Origin: Chloroflexota bacterium | GTDB lineage: Bacteria; Chloroflexota; UBA11872; VXOZ01 | Length of the DNA: 64,000 nt | NCBI GenBank assembly: GCA_963662335.2 | Contig: CAXXVD010000003.1 | Location: forward strand, 96,001 to 160,000 | Direction: 5' to 3' | Part shown: positions 51,104-61,092 of the stretch, piece after piece | Numbering within the stretch: position 1 is the stretch's first letter | Layout: each line of letters begins with the position of its first letter | Made by a program: the position numbers and the translations under genes | Notes under the pieces: model-generated | Database searches by the model: none | The model's input: only the letters and a program-made list of their open reading frames with translations | Told to the model about the DNA's origin: nothing

Positions 51104-51445
51104 TGTCATTCCGAGCGCAGCGAGGAATCTAGCGCCTACACCCCGCGTATCCCGGCCTGCGAGACCTCTTAGATTCCTCACTGCGCTGCGCTCCGTTCGG
51201 AATGACACAGACTTACACAGCATGTCATTCCGAGCGCAGCGAGGAATCTAGCGCCTACACCCCGCGTATCCCGGCCTGCGAAACCCCTTAGATTCCTCAC
51301 TGCGCTGCGCTCCGTTCGGAATGACACAGATTTACACAGCATGTCATTCCGAGCGCAGCGAGGAATCTAGCGCCTACACCCCGCGTATCCCGGCTTGTGA
51401 GACCCTTTAGATTCCTCACTGCGCTGCGCTCCGTTCGGAATGACA
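51104..51445. repeat. three tandem 119-bp units of the family A palindromic element
   Basis: Units start at 51104, 51223 and 51342 and are near-identical, including the loop. Confidence 0.92.
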
Positions 51446-51508
51446 GAGGGTACGAAGTATGCCGGTGACGGGCGCAATTCCTCAACCGCTGCTGCGCCAA
51501 TCCTGCCG

Positions 51509-52507
51509 CTATTCCTGCCGCCCCAGTCCCTGCAAGAGCGCCCGCACGTAGCCCACCGAATAGGCGGTGTACTGGCGGCCGTTGTCCGTATCGCCGGTCA
51601 ATTGCATCACGTGGTCGAAGTCGATCGCGCCTTGGTAGTGTACATCATGCAGCGCCTCCACGACTGCCTGCATGTGCATGTCGCCTTCGTCCAGGAAGAC
51701 CTCGCTGTACGCGCCGTCGGCGGGCAACGTGCCGCGCACGTTGCGGAAGTGCACGTGCACGATCTTGCCCTGGCCGCCAAAGCGGCGGATGCCCTGGAAG
51801 ATGTCCTCGCCGGATTCGTAGCGCGTGCCGACGCAGAACGTCATGGTGTTTCTGGGACTGGGAACCTCGTTGAAGAGGCGGTCGAAGTCGGCAAAACGGC
51901 ACATGACTTGCGGATTGCCGTAGAGTTCGTAGAGCGGCGGGTCGTTGCCGTGCATGGCGACGTTGATGTTTGCGCTTTCCGCCACGGGAATGACCTGCCG
52001 ATAGGTAAGCAAGAGATTCTCCCAGAGTTGCTCGGCGGTGACGGTGAAGCGCGGCGCCGGCTGCGCCGCTTCTTCCGCCGCCAGATCGAAGTGGTAGTAG
52101 CGGTAGCCGCCGCGGCCCTCGGGCCACGAGCGCCCGCTGCCGCCGCCGGCGCTCGCGCTCGCGGCCTGAAAGCACTGGACGCCGAACACGGGCACGTCTA
52201 TCTCTCCCAGCAATTCCGCCATGGTACAGAGATTGTCGCGCTGCCGGGCCGCGTCCGGGCCGCCAATGAGGGCGTCGTGGTGGTTGGCATTGATGGCGTT
52301 GGCGCGCTCGATGCGCAGGCCGGCCGCCTCAAAGCGCCGCACCAGGTCGTGCAACGCCGCCCGCGTGAAGCAGCCGGTCTCGTTGTAACCCGCCACCAAT
52401 CCCAGTTCGATGTCTATGCAGTCCACGCCAATCTGCTGCAGGAACCGTAGGTAGTCGTCGCCCCGGTTATCCAGCGTGTTGCGGTTCGCGCGTACACCAA
52501 TGCGCAT
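51509..52507 (-). CDS. mannonate dehydratase (UxuA) family protein
   Basis: AMHGNDPP, TFCVG, HVHFRNVRG, EVFLDEGD, DH. Confidence 0.8.
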   Translation of the reverse strand: MRIGVRANRNTLDNRGDDYLRFLQQIGVDCIDIELGLVAGYNETGCFTRAALHDLVRRFEAAGLRIERANAINANHHDALIGGPDAARQRDNLCTMAELLGEIDVPVFGVQCFQAASASAGGGSGRSWPEGRGGYRYYHFDLAAEEAAQPAPRFTVTAEQLWENLLLTYRQVIPVAESANINVAMHGNDPPLYELYGNPQVMCRFADFDRLFNEVPSPRNTMTFCVGTRYESGEDIFQGIRRFGGQGKIVHVHFRNVRGTLPADGAYSEVFLDEGDMHMQAVVEALHDVHYQGAIDFDHVMQLTGDTDNGRQYTAYSVGYVRALLQGLGRQE

Positions 52508-52644
52508 GGGTCTTCTCCTTTGCCTGCTCAGTTTAGCGCCTGGATCCGCCCGGGTACCTCGTGCCACAGGCGCGCTCTCTCCCGTAGCGCGGGGGCTTGT
52601 CCCCCGCCTCTTGGCTCGTCACCCGTAGCGCAGAGGTTTGTCCC

Positions 52645-52806
52645 CAATGCGGCCGCATTGAGTTCAATTGCGGTGTGAACTCCGCCTCCAATATCCGGTA
52701 GCGCAGGTTTTCAACCTGCTGGTCTGCGGGATCAATCCCTTTTGAGTCCTTATCTCAAACTCTGGCGGGGGACAAGCCCCCGCGCTACCTCAATGCGACA
52801 CTCTTG
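52645..52806. mobile_element. MITE type B inserted in a family B REP
   Basis: CAATGCGGCCGCATTGA ... TCAATGCGACACTCTTG; about 160 bp, same internal order as 26978-27137. Confidence 0.65.
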
Positions 52807-53006
52807 GTGCTTGCCCCCCGCGTCCTGGCCGGATGCGGCGGGCACCCAGTCCGGCAAGGCGCTCCGTTCGCCTACAATCGCTTAATCTGCGCAACCTCTC
52901 GGGTTTGCGCTCTGCTCGTGCCTCATATGCTACACCGTAGGCGCCGCGCCGACACGTTGGAGCGCCCGCAACTCATACGTTCCTGACACTATCCGCTCTC
53001 AACCGG

Positions 53007-54209
53007 CTACGCTACCGCCGCCTGCGCCGGCTGCCGCTTGATGAGCGCGAGCGCCGCCAGCGCCGCCAAGACGGACACGCCGCCGGAAAGCGCGAACGCG
53101 CCGCCAAGGCCCAGCAGGTCGGCCACCGCGCCGGCCGTCATGGGGCCGACGAACATGCCGATGGCGTACACGGCCTGGAAGACGCCCATGGCGGTGGCGC
53201 GGTCCTCGCCGGAGATTTCGCGTATGCTCAGCCCCATGAGCAGCGGGTAGACGATGCCGCGTCCGATGCCGTTGACGCCCTGCGAGGCGGCCAGCAGCGG
53301 CACGTCGTGGATGAGCGGCACCACGAACGTGGTGGCGGCCATGATCATCATGCCGGCGAAGACGGCCCAATTGTCGCCCAGCCGCTGGGCAAAGCGGTGA
53401 TTCACCAGCGACGCCAGCGTGTACGGCACCAGCGAGACCACGCCGATCAGGCCCAGCGTGAACTTGCTCGCGCCCAGTTCGTCGGCGTAGACCGGCACGA
53501 AGCTGAAGGTGGTTGCCCAGAAGGCGTAGTGGTTGAGCGCCGTCACCGACGCCGCGACCAGCAGCGCCGGATGCGTCATCACCCGCCAAATCTGCCGCAG
53601 CGTGGGCGGCGGGCGCGTGACGCGCTGCTCCTTGATCGGCACGGTGGAGAGCAAACCGATGACGGCCAGTCCCGCCCCGGCGTAGAACGTGGCTACCATG
53701 CCCCACGATTCGGCAATCTGCCCGCCGGCGAGGTTGACGACGATGAGCGAGACGCCGTTGATGGCCGACATGATGCCCATGGCCTTGGGCGCTTCGTCGG
53801 ACGGGAAATAGCTGGCGTAGAGCACCGTAAACGCCACCCACGTGGCGGCGCTGATGCCCAGCACACCGCGAAAGACCGCCAGATACGTGGCCGTGGGCGC
53901 AAGCGCCAGGCCCAGACAGCCGACGATGTTGAAGAAGTGCCCGGCATAGAGAAACGGCAGCCGCCGCCCCCAACGGTCCGATACGATGCCCAGCGGGATC
54001 CTGAGCACCATCTGCACCAGGCCGTACGTGCCTACCACAATCCCAATGAGCGTAAACGTCGCGCCCAACGATTCCGCGTAGACTGAGAGAATCGGCGAGT
54101 AGACGTAGAGCGCGCCCCAGTAGAGGAACGTGCCGACGTAGAAGGCCCAGACGGTCAGCCGGTCAGGCCGGTAGCGCGCGGCGGTCGTCGTCTGCTGGGT
54201 CGTGGCCAC
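53007..54209 (-). CDS. MFS transporter (start uncertain)
   Basis: GIVSDRWGRR motif A, about 12 TM helices. Confidence 0.9.
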   Translation of the reverse strand: MATTQQTTTAARYRPDRLTVWAFYVGTFLYWGALYVYSPILSVYAESLGATFTLIGIVVGTYGLVQMVLRIPLGIVSDRWGRRLPFLYAGHFFNIVGCLGLALAPTATYLAVFRGVLGISAATWVAFTVLYASYFPSDEAPKAMGIMSAINGVSLIVVNLAGGQIAESWGMVATFYAGAGLAVIGLLSTVPIKEQRVTRPPPTLRQIWRVMTHPALLVAASVTALNHYAFWATTFSFVPVYADELGASKFTLGLIGVVSLVPYTLASLVNHRFAQRLGDNWAVFAGMMIMAATTFVVPLIHDVPLLAASQGVNGIGRGIVYPLLMGLSIREISGEDRATAMGVFQAVYAIGMFVGPMTAGAVADLLGLGGAFALSGGVSVLAALAALALIKRQPAQAAVA

Positions 54210-54282
54210 AGGATTGTTCGCTTCTGCTACGTTTGCGGAGGTCGCGCCTGGCGCTCCCGGGTAGGGCACGACCTGTCGCGCC

Positions 54283-55092
54283 CTACTGCCGCGCCCGGTT
54301 GATTTCCGCGTGGAGCTTTGCGGCCGCCTCTGCCGCGGCGGCCGCAAAATCGCGTTTGGCGCTGGCGTAGAGGATACTGCGCGAGGCGTTGATGAGCATG
54401 GGCGCGGTCGGGCCGGCGGCCTGGACGGTGGCTGTCAGGTCGCCGCCTTGCGCGCCGATTCCAGGAATGAGCAGCGGGAGACTGGGCGCAACGCTGCGCA
54501 CCCGCGCCAAGTCCTCGGGGTACGTCGCGCCCGTCACCAGGCCGCAATTGTCGTTCACGTTCCATGACTGCACGGCTCTGGCCACCGTGACGTAGAGCCG
54601 CTCGCCGGTTGCAGCGCGCAGGTCCTGGAAGTCGCGCGCGCCGGGATTTGAAGTGCGGCAGAGCACGAAGACGCCCCGGTCCGGGCGGCTGAGGAAGGGT
54701 TCCAGGGCTTCGGCGCCGAGATACGGGTGCGCGGTAACGGCATCGAAACCCAGCACGTCGAATACGGCCGCGGCGTAGTGGACGTTCGTTGAGTCGATGT
54801 CCCCGCGCTTGGCGTCGGCGATGGCGATAACGTCGGGGGGAATGTGCCGCCGCACGGTTTGCAGCGCCTCCGGCCCCCACGTGCCCATGCTTTCGAAGAA
54901 GGCGAGATTTGGCTTGTAGGCGGCGGCATATGCATGGGTGGCATCGATGATCTCCCGGCAGAAGGCAACGACACCGGCTTGATCGCGGGAAAACTCCGCC
55001 GGCAAACGGGGCAAATCCACGTCCAGGCCGATGCACAGCGCGCTGTTCCTCGCGGCGCACACCTGTTCGAGGCGGTGGTTGAAGATCGACAC
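54283..55092 (-). CDS. pyrF: orotidine-5'-phosphate decarboxylase
   Basis: LCIGLD, YKPNLAFFE, DAKRGDI, LCRTSNPG, PGIGAQGG. Confidence 0.95.
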   Translation of the reverse strand: MSIFNHRLEQVCAARNSALCIGLDVDLPRLPAEFSRDQAGVVAFCREIIDATHAYAAAYKPNLAFFESMGTWGPEALQTVRRHIPPDVIAIADAKRGDIDSTNVHYAAAVFDVLGFDAVTAHPYLGAEALEPFLSRPDRGVFVLCRTSNPGARDFQDLRAATGERLYVTVARAVQSWNVNDNCGLVTGATYPEDLARVRSVAPSLPLLIPGIGAQGGDLTATVQAAGPTAPMLINASRSILYASAKRDFAAAAAEAAAKLHAEINRARQ

Positions 55093-55110
55093 GACGCGCT
55101 TCTCCCCGGT

Positions 55111-55926
55111 CTAGCGCAAGTTGAGCATCCGGTAGCCGGCGGCTTCGAAGTGGCGCTGTCCCCACCGGCTGATGAGATATTTGGAAAACTGCGAAAGCGT
55201 GATTGGGTACCTGGTTTTCTGCGCGGTGCCGACGTAGTAGATAATCGGGCGGTGGGCCTGCTCGGGAACCGGCGCCAGAATGCGGATGTCCTCTCCCGCC
55301 GCGGCGCCTGACGAGGAATAGAGCAAGGCGGCGTCTACCTTGCCGGCGCTGAGTTTCTCCACCAACTCTTGCTCGTTGCCGGTCTTTGCCAGCCGCGGCC
55401 GCAGAATCTCCCAGAGGCCAAGGTTGTCCAGGGCTTGCTGCGAGTAGATGCCGAGCGCCGACTCTTCCCAGTCCGCGATGCCGATGCGCTCCGCGTCCTC
55501 GTGGAAGAGGTCGCGCGCCGCCCGGATCTTGAGCGAACTGGCCGCCGGCGCAGCGATGACGAGCCAGTTAGAGGCAATCGGCCGCATGGTGCCGAGCTTT
55601 ATCTGCCCGGCTTCCACGAGCGGCACGCCGAACGTGTCGCCGCCAAGCATTACGGCATCGAAGCGCTTCCCGCGCAGGATGGATTTCGCGATGGCGCCGG
55701 AAGACTGCGGCGAAAAAGCAAGCAACACGTGGGGGTTGGCCTGCTCGAAGTCCGCCTTGAGCATGGGAAACGTGGGCGCGAGGCTCGCGTCGGCCAGCAC
55801 GGTCACGCGCTCCCGGTCGTCCGGCGCGAGCAGCGAGCGGACATTGTCGAGGGGCGCGCAGCCGGCGGCCAGGGCGGCCAGGCCAACCGGCGCCGCCGCG
55901 CGGAGAAATGTACGCCGGCCGTTCAT
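55111..55926 (-). CDS. modA: molybdate ABC transporter substrate-binding protein (Tat lipoprotein)
   Basis: MNGRRTFL Tat motif, LAAGC lipobox, ASL, SSG, PIIY; some oxyanion-binding motifs diverged. Confidence 0.7.
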   Translation of the reverse strand: MNGRRTFLRAAAPVGLAALAAGCAPLDNVRSLLAPDDRERVTVLADASLAPTFPMLKADFEQANPHVLLAFSPQSSGAIAKSILRGKRFDAVMLGGDTFGVPLVEAGQIKLGTMRPIASNWLVIAAPAASSLKIRAARDLFHEDAERIGIADWEESALGIYSQQALDNLGLWEILRPRLAKTGNEQELVEKLSAGKVDAALLYSSSGAAAGEDIRILAPVPEQAHRPIIYYVGTAQKTRYPITLSQFSKYLISRWGQRHFEAAGYRMLNLR

Positions 55927-56247
55927 AGCGTTCTTGCCGCCCCTTAAATGAAAAGCGCTCCCGTAGCGATTGTTCCACAGGAGGCTGCGCTCGTGCGTAT
56001 TCGTGCCCAACTTCCGGCAAACCAGCGCCAGCTTTCGCTCATGGTAGCATCGTCTTTGGCGCGCGGGCAAGCGGCCGGCGCGCGCGACCTACCTCCCAAT
56101 GGGGCTGCGAGTATATAATTCCCATAGCTGAATCGCATTGGTTGCCGCGGCGGCCGCATTTCGAGCCTGGCGGCGCCGCATGATGCGCCCAAGAGCGCAA
56201 GCGCCCGTTGGCGGAAATGACGGCGCTTCCCAACTAAGGAGTGGACT

Positions 56248-57330
56248 ATGAGCTACGGACTGGACTTCGCTGCCGACGCCGGACGTGACTTCATCTCGCT
56301 GGGGGCGCTGGTGCACCGGCTCGATCCGGGGATCATCCCCTTTCGCAAGGCCAACACGTGCGCAATCCACGTGAGCGGCGGCGAGTTCAATACGGCGGCC
56401 AACCTGGCCAATTGCTTCGGCCTGGACACCGGCGTCGTCAGCGCAATGGTCGATTATCCCATCGGCCACCTGATCGCCGAGCGGGTGCGGGCGATGGGCG
56501 TCACGCCGTTCTACAAGCATTTTGCCCACAACGGCGTGAACGGCCCGAACATGGCGACAGTCTACAGCGATCGCGGCCAGGGCGTGCGCGCGCCGGTGGT
56601 CTTCTACAACCGCTGCAACGAGGCGGCGGCGCAACTCAAACCCGGCGACTTTGACTGGGACGCGATCTTCGCCGGCGGTGTGCGCTGGTTCCACAGCGGC
56701 GGCATCTTCGCGGCGCTTTCGCAAACCACGTCGGAAGTCATCATCGAGGGGATGCAGGCGGCCAAGGCGGCCGGCGCGAGCGTCTCGTACGACTTGAATT
56801 TCCGCGCCAAGCTCTGGGAAATCTGGGGTGGGGAAGACCGCGCCAGCGAAGTCAACCGGCGCATCGTGGAGAACGTGGACGTGCTGGTGGGCAACGAGGA
56901 AGACCTGCAGACGGGCCTCGGCATCCCCGGCCCGGAGGTGGCGGCGGCCTCCAAGCTGGATCCCAGCGCCTTCACCGCCATGATCGACCAGGTGGTGGGA
57001 CAGTTCCCGCAGGTGAAGATCGTCGCCACCACGCTGCGCGAGGTGCACTCGACGAACCGGCATAGCTGGAGCGCGGTGGCCTGGATCAACGGCGAAACCC
57101 ATCTGGCGCCCACCGCCGAACTGGACGTCTACGACCGCGTCGGCGGCGGCGACGGCTTCGCCTCGGGACTCATCTACGGGATACTGAGCGGAGAGACGCC
57201 CGCCGACGCCGTGAAATTGGGCTGGGCGCACGGCGCGTTGATTACCACGTTCCCCGGCGATACGACGATGGCAACGGTGGAGGACGTGCGCGCGTTTGCG
57301 GCCGGCGGTTCGGCGCGCATCCGGCGCTAG
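56248..57330 (+). CDS. PfkB-family sugar kinase (2-keto-3-deoxygluconate kinase-like)
   Basis: GGEFN, SYDLNFRAKLW, GNEED, DRVGGGDGFASG. Confidence 0.88.
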   Translation: MSYGLDFAADAGRDFISLGALVHRLDPGIIPFRKANTCAIHVSGGEFNTAANLANCFGLDTGVVSAMVDYPIGHLIAERVRAMGVTPFYKHFAHNGVNGPNMATVYSDRGQGVRAPVVFYNRCNEAAAQLKPGDFDWDAIFAGGVRWFHSGGIFAALSQTTSEVIIEGMQAAKAAGASVSYDLNFRAKLWEIWGGEDRASEVNRRIVENVDVLVGNEEDLQTGLGIPGPEVAAASKLDPSAFTAMIDQVVGQFPQVKIVATTLREVHSTNRHSWSAVAWINGETHLAPTAELDVYDRVGGGDGFASGLIYGILSGETPADAVKLGWAHGALITTFPGDTTMATVEDVRAFAAGGSARIRR

Positions 57331-57397
57331 GCTCGATTGCTGCGCTCGCCGGCGCGCCGGTCGGGCACGGTTCCCGTGGTAGGAGACGGCTCCCGTG

Positions 57398-57598
57398 GTA
57401 GGGGCACGGCATGCCGTGCCCCTACCACGGGAGCATTCCTGCCGCCGTCCGGGGTCTTTGTGTTTTCTTACCTTTGTGCGGCTTCGGCAGGGCTATGGTC
57501 ATACCATGAAAACAGCGCGTCAGCCTCCGTCATTCCCGCGAACGCGGGAATCCATCTTCGCCGCGCACGCAGTGGATTCCCGCGTTTGCGGGAATGAT
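57398..57598. repeat. family E REP plus an inverted pair of ATTCCC-N8-GGGAAT (dRS3-like, family D) palindromes
   Basis: GTAGGGGCACGGCATGCCGTGCCCCTAC; ATTCCCGCGAACGCGGGAAT at 57532 and a second copy near 57576. Confidence 0.75.
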
Positions 57599-57652
57599 GG
57601 ACTATGTCTTTACCTGCCGTGGTGTCGGTAGCGTGACCCGCAGACCCTAGCC

Positions 57653-59167
57653 ATGTCTCCTGAATACGCCATTGGCATCGACGTCGGCAGCACCGCGACC
57701 AAAGTAGTCCTTTGCGATGGCGAGGGGACGATCTCGGCGCGGGGCAGCGCGCCCACGCGCATCGAACGCCCGCGGCCGGGCTGGGCGGAGATTGACTTTG
57801 TCCGCTGCTGGGAAGGCGTGGCGGCCGCTTGCCGCGCGGCGCTTGCGTCCCTGCCTGGCGATGCCGAGCGCCGGCGCATCATTGGGATCGGTCTCACCTC
57901 GCTCGCGCCGTCGGTGGCGCCGCTGGCGGCGGACGGCGCGCCGCTGTGCAATGGCATCATCTATGAAGACCGGCGCAGCGCGCGGCACGTGGAGCGCATT
58001 CTCGCCCGCGCAAGCCAGTCGCGTATCGCCGCGCGCACCGGCATGAGGCTGGAGAGCGGCAGCACGACGCTCAGCAGCATGGCGTGGCTGGCGGCGGAGC
58101 GGCCCGAACTGGTGGCGGCGTGCGCCTATCTTGGCTCTCTGACCACCTATCTTGCCCATCGCCTCACCGGCAGCTTTGGCATCGATTGGGCGCACGCCCA
58201 GCTTACCGGCCTCTTCGCGCTGGACGAGCCGCCGCGCTGGTTGGACGACTGGTGCCGGCAGGTTGGCGTGCCGCCGGCGAAACTGCCGCCGCACGCGCCG
58301 TGCGAGGCGAAGATCGGCGAGGTTACGCCGGCGGCCGGGGCGCAACTGGGCATTGCGGCGGGCACACCGGTGGCCATGGGCGGCGCGGACGCGCAAGCGG
58401 CGGCGGTGGGCGCGGGCCTGGCGACGCCGCAAGCCGGGTTGCTCTCGCTCGGCACGACGAATGTGCTGACGGTCTGCACGGAGCGCCGCGCAACTGATCC
58501 GCGTTTCTACACGCGCCGCCACGTCGTGCCGCAACGCTACCTGCACGTGGCGCCCACCTTGAGCGGCGGCGCGACCCTGCGCTGGGCGGCGGCGCTCTTG
58601 GGCGTGGAATCCGTGGGTGAACTGGCGGCCCTGGCCGGGGCGAGCAAGCCCGGGGCCGGCGGCGTGGTCTTCCTGCCCTACCTGACGGGCGAGCGCGCGC
58701 CGTTGTGGGACCGGGCGGTGCGGGGCGTCTTCGCCGGTTTGCGCCTGGAGACGAGCCGCGCGGGCCTGGCGCGAGCGGTGGTGGAAGGCAGCGCGTTCGC
58801 GCTGCGCAACGTGCTGGAGCAGATGGAGGGGCGCCTTGGCGCGCCGGTTGCTCCGCTGGCGGTCACCGGCGGCGCGGCCTTTCCGCCGGTCGTGCAGACC
58901 CTCGCCAACGTGCTGCAGCGCCCCTTAGCTGTCATTGAGGGCGGCGACTGTGCGGCGCAGGGCGCGGCGCTGCTGGCGCTCGTTGCCGCCGGCCGGGTGG
59001 ATTCGGCCTGGCTTGCCGCGTGGCGGCCGGCAATTCATGAGACCTACACGCCGGATACGGCTGCCGCCGCTATGTACGACCGGCAATACGCGACATTCCT
59101 GGCCCTGTACCCGGCCGTGAAAGACGCGCTGCCGCATGACGGCTCCCTAGCGGAGGCAGAAACGTAG
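57653..59167 (+). CDS. FGGY-family carbohydrate kinase (xylulokinase-like)
   Basis: IGIDVGST, GGADAQAA, SLGT, FLPYLTGERAP. Confidence 0.9.
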   Translation: MSPEYAIGIDVGSTATKVVLCDGEGTISARGSAPTRIERPRPGWAEIDFVRCWEGVAAACRAALASLPGDAERRRIIGIGLTSLAPSVAPLAADGAPLCNGIIYEDRRSARHVERILARASQSRIAARTGMRLESGSTTLSSMAWLAAERPELVAACAYLGSLTTYLAHRLTGSFGIDWAHAQLTGLFALDEPPRWLDDWCRQVGVPPAKLPPHAPCEAKIGEVTPAAGAQLGIAAGTPVAMGGADAQAAAVGAGLATPQAGLLSLGTTNVLTVCTERRATDPRFYTRRHVVPQRYLHVAPTLSGGATLRWAAALLGVESVGELAALAGASKPGAGGVVFLPYLTGERAPLWDRAVRGVFAGLRLETSRAGLARAVVEGSAFALRNVLEQMEGRLGAPVAPLAVTGGAAFPPVVQTLANVLQRPLAVIEGGDCAAQGAALLALVAAGRVDSAWLAAWRPAIHETYTPDTAAAAMYDRQYATFLALYPAVKDALPHDGSLAEAET

Positions 59168-59223
59168 CCTACGCTTCAGCCACGGCGGCGTGAGCCCAGT
59201 GAAAGACGCGCGGTGCGATGCCG

Positions 59224-59772
59224 CTAGAAGATCTCGTCGGAAGCGATGATGAATCCCGTTAACGTGGGCGAGGCAAGGGATTGGCCTTCACCGCACACGC
59301 CTATCTCCGCAAAGCCTTGCGTGTCACGCACAAGCACCGTGACCGTCTTGGCTTCAGTGTCCACAATCCAGTATTCTCGCACGCCGTGCCTTGCGTAGAG
59401 GGCACGCTTGAACGTGAAGTCGCGCTCGGCGGTGGAAGGCGAGAGGATTTCGATGACGAGGTCCGGCGCGCCTTGGACGTTCTCCTCCGTAATGATGTGT
59501 TCGCGCTCATTGGAGATGAAGAGCAAGTCGGGCTGCACCACGTCAGTGTTCGACAGCACCACGTCGAAGGGAGCGGCGTAGACGCGGCCTGCGCCGAAGC
59601 GATCTGCAGCCTGCAGGAGCAGCATATTGAGTCTGCCCGAAATCCTTTGATGGGCCTCTCTCGGCGCAGGAGTCATGACCAAGTCTCCATCCAATAGCTC
59701 ATAGCGCCTGTCTTCCGGCGCGTTGCGATAGTCCTCGTACGTAAACTTGATTGCCGGTGTCGGTGTAGCCAT
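59224..59772 (-). CDS. Uma2 family (DUF820) endonuclease, copy 1
   Basis: YELLDG..MTPAP..HQR, VQPDL, APDLVIEILSPST..D...K...Y...GVREYWIVD. Confidence 0.92.
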   Translation of the reverse strand: MATPTPAIKFTYEDYRNAPEDRRYELLDGDLVMTPAPREAHQRISGRLNMLLLQAADRFGAGRVYAAPFDVVLSNTDVVQPDLLFISNEREHIITEENVQGAPDLVIEILSPSTAERDFTFKRALYARHGVREYWIVDTEAKTVTVLVRDTQGFAEIGVCGEGQSLASPTLTGFIIASDEIF

Positions 59773-59840
59773 GGTTGTCGTCCTCTCTCGGTGCAAGCCG
59801 CATACTGCGAGCGGGTCGCGTCGTATAGCAGCCGTGGCGT

Positions 59841-60398
59841 TTACGCGCCCTCGAATATCTCGCCCGGATCGATGATAAATCCCGCGAGAGTTGGCGATTC
59901 CAGGGTTTGGCCTTCCCCACACGCGCCAACCTCCGCAAAGCCGGCGGTATCCCACACAAGCACCGTGACCGTCTTGGCGTCGGTATCTACCAGCCAATAC
60001 TCTTGCACACCGTGCCGGGCGTAGAGGGCGCGCTTGAAGGTCAGGTCCCGGTCGGCGGTGGACGGGGAGAGGATTTCCACCACCAGGTCCGGCGCGCCTT
60101 GGACGTTTTCTTCAGTGATGATGTGCGCCCGCTCATTGGAAATAAACGACAGGTCAGGCTGGACGACGTCGGTATCCGAGAACACCACGTCGAACGGCGC
60201 GGCATAGACGCGGCCTATCCCCCTGCGCTTAATGAACTGCCCAAGTAGAATGGCGAGATTCATGGAAGCCCTTTGATGGTGCTCCCGGGGCGCTGGCGTC
60301 ATGACTAAGTTTCCATCCAATAGCTCATAGCGCTTGTCTTCCGGCGCGTTGCGGTAGTCCGCGTACGTCAGCTTGATTGCCGGTGTTGGGGTAGCCAT
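59841..60398 (-). CDS. Uma2 family endonuclease, copy 2
   Basis: Same motifs; GAGAGG RBS. Confidence 0.92.
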   Translation of the reverse strand: MATPTPAIKLTYADYRNAPEDKRYELLDGNLVMTPAPREHHQRASMNLAILLGQFIKRRGIGRVYAAPFDVVFSDTDVVQPDLSFISNERAHIITEENVQGAPDLVVEILSPSTADRDLTFKRALYARHGVQEYWLVDTDAKTVTVLVWDTAGFAEVGACGEGQTLESPTLAGFIIDPGEIFEGA

Positions 60399-60471
60399 GG
60401 TTGTCATCCTCTCTCGCGGCGCGGGCCGCATTCTGCGAGCGGGCCGCCTCAGTTGTAGCAGCGCTCACGCG

Positions 60472-61020
60472 CTAGAAGATCTCGCTTGGATCAATCGTAA
60501 ATCCACTGAGGGTCGGTGAATCAAGGGTCTGGTTTTCATCGCAGACGCCCAATTCCGTAAAACTGCCGGCGTCGCGCACAAGCACCGTCACCGTCTTGGC
60601 GTCGGTATCTACCAGCCAATACTCTTGCACGCCGTGCCGGACGTAGAGGTCGCGTTTGATGGTGATATCACGGTCGGCAGTGGACGGGGAGAGGATCTCC
60701 ACCACCAGGTCGGGCGCGCCTTGGATGTTGTCCTCGGTGACTACGTGCGCCCGCTCGTTGGAGATGAAGAACAAGTCGGGCTGCACGACGTCCGTATCCG
60801 AGAGCACCACGTCGCAGGGAGAAAGAAATACTTCTCCCAGCGAGCGCTCTTCCACAAACTGGTCCAGCCGGTTACCCAATTTTTTTAGCATTCTCTGGTG
60901 ACCCACACGCGGCGCTGGGGTCATGACCAAGACTCCCCCCAATAGTTCATAGCGTTCCCCGTCCGGCGTGTTGCAATAATCCTCGTAGGTGAGCTTGACA
61001 GCAGGTATAGAACGAGCCAT
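60472..61020 (-). CDS. Uma2 family endonuclease, copy 3
   Basis: Same motifs; GGAGG RBS. Confidence 0.92.
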   Translation of the reverse strand: MARSIPAVKLTYEDYCNTPDGERYELLGGVLVMTPAPRVGHQRMLKKLGNRLDQFVEERSLGEVFLSPCDVVLSDTDVVQPDLFFISNERAHVVTEDNIQGAPDLVVEILSPSTADRDITIKRDLYVRHGVQEYWLVDTDAKTVTVLVRDAGSFTELGVCDENQTLDSPTLSGFTIDPSEIF

Positions 61021-61092
61021 GAGTACTATCCTCCCTTGCGCCACCGGCCCGGTTCTGCGCATGCGCCGCCTCAATCCCGTAGCGGCCGCGCG

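Noticed and set aside
51104-51445. Possible CRISPR array
   Set aside because: The would-be spacers are near-identical, the period is 119 bp, the repeat is a dispersed palindrome family, and no cas genes are present.
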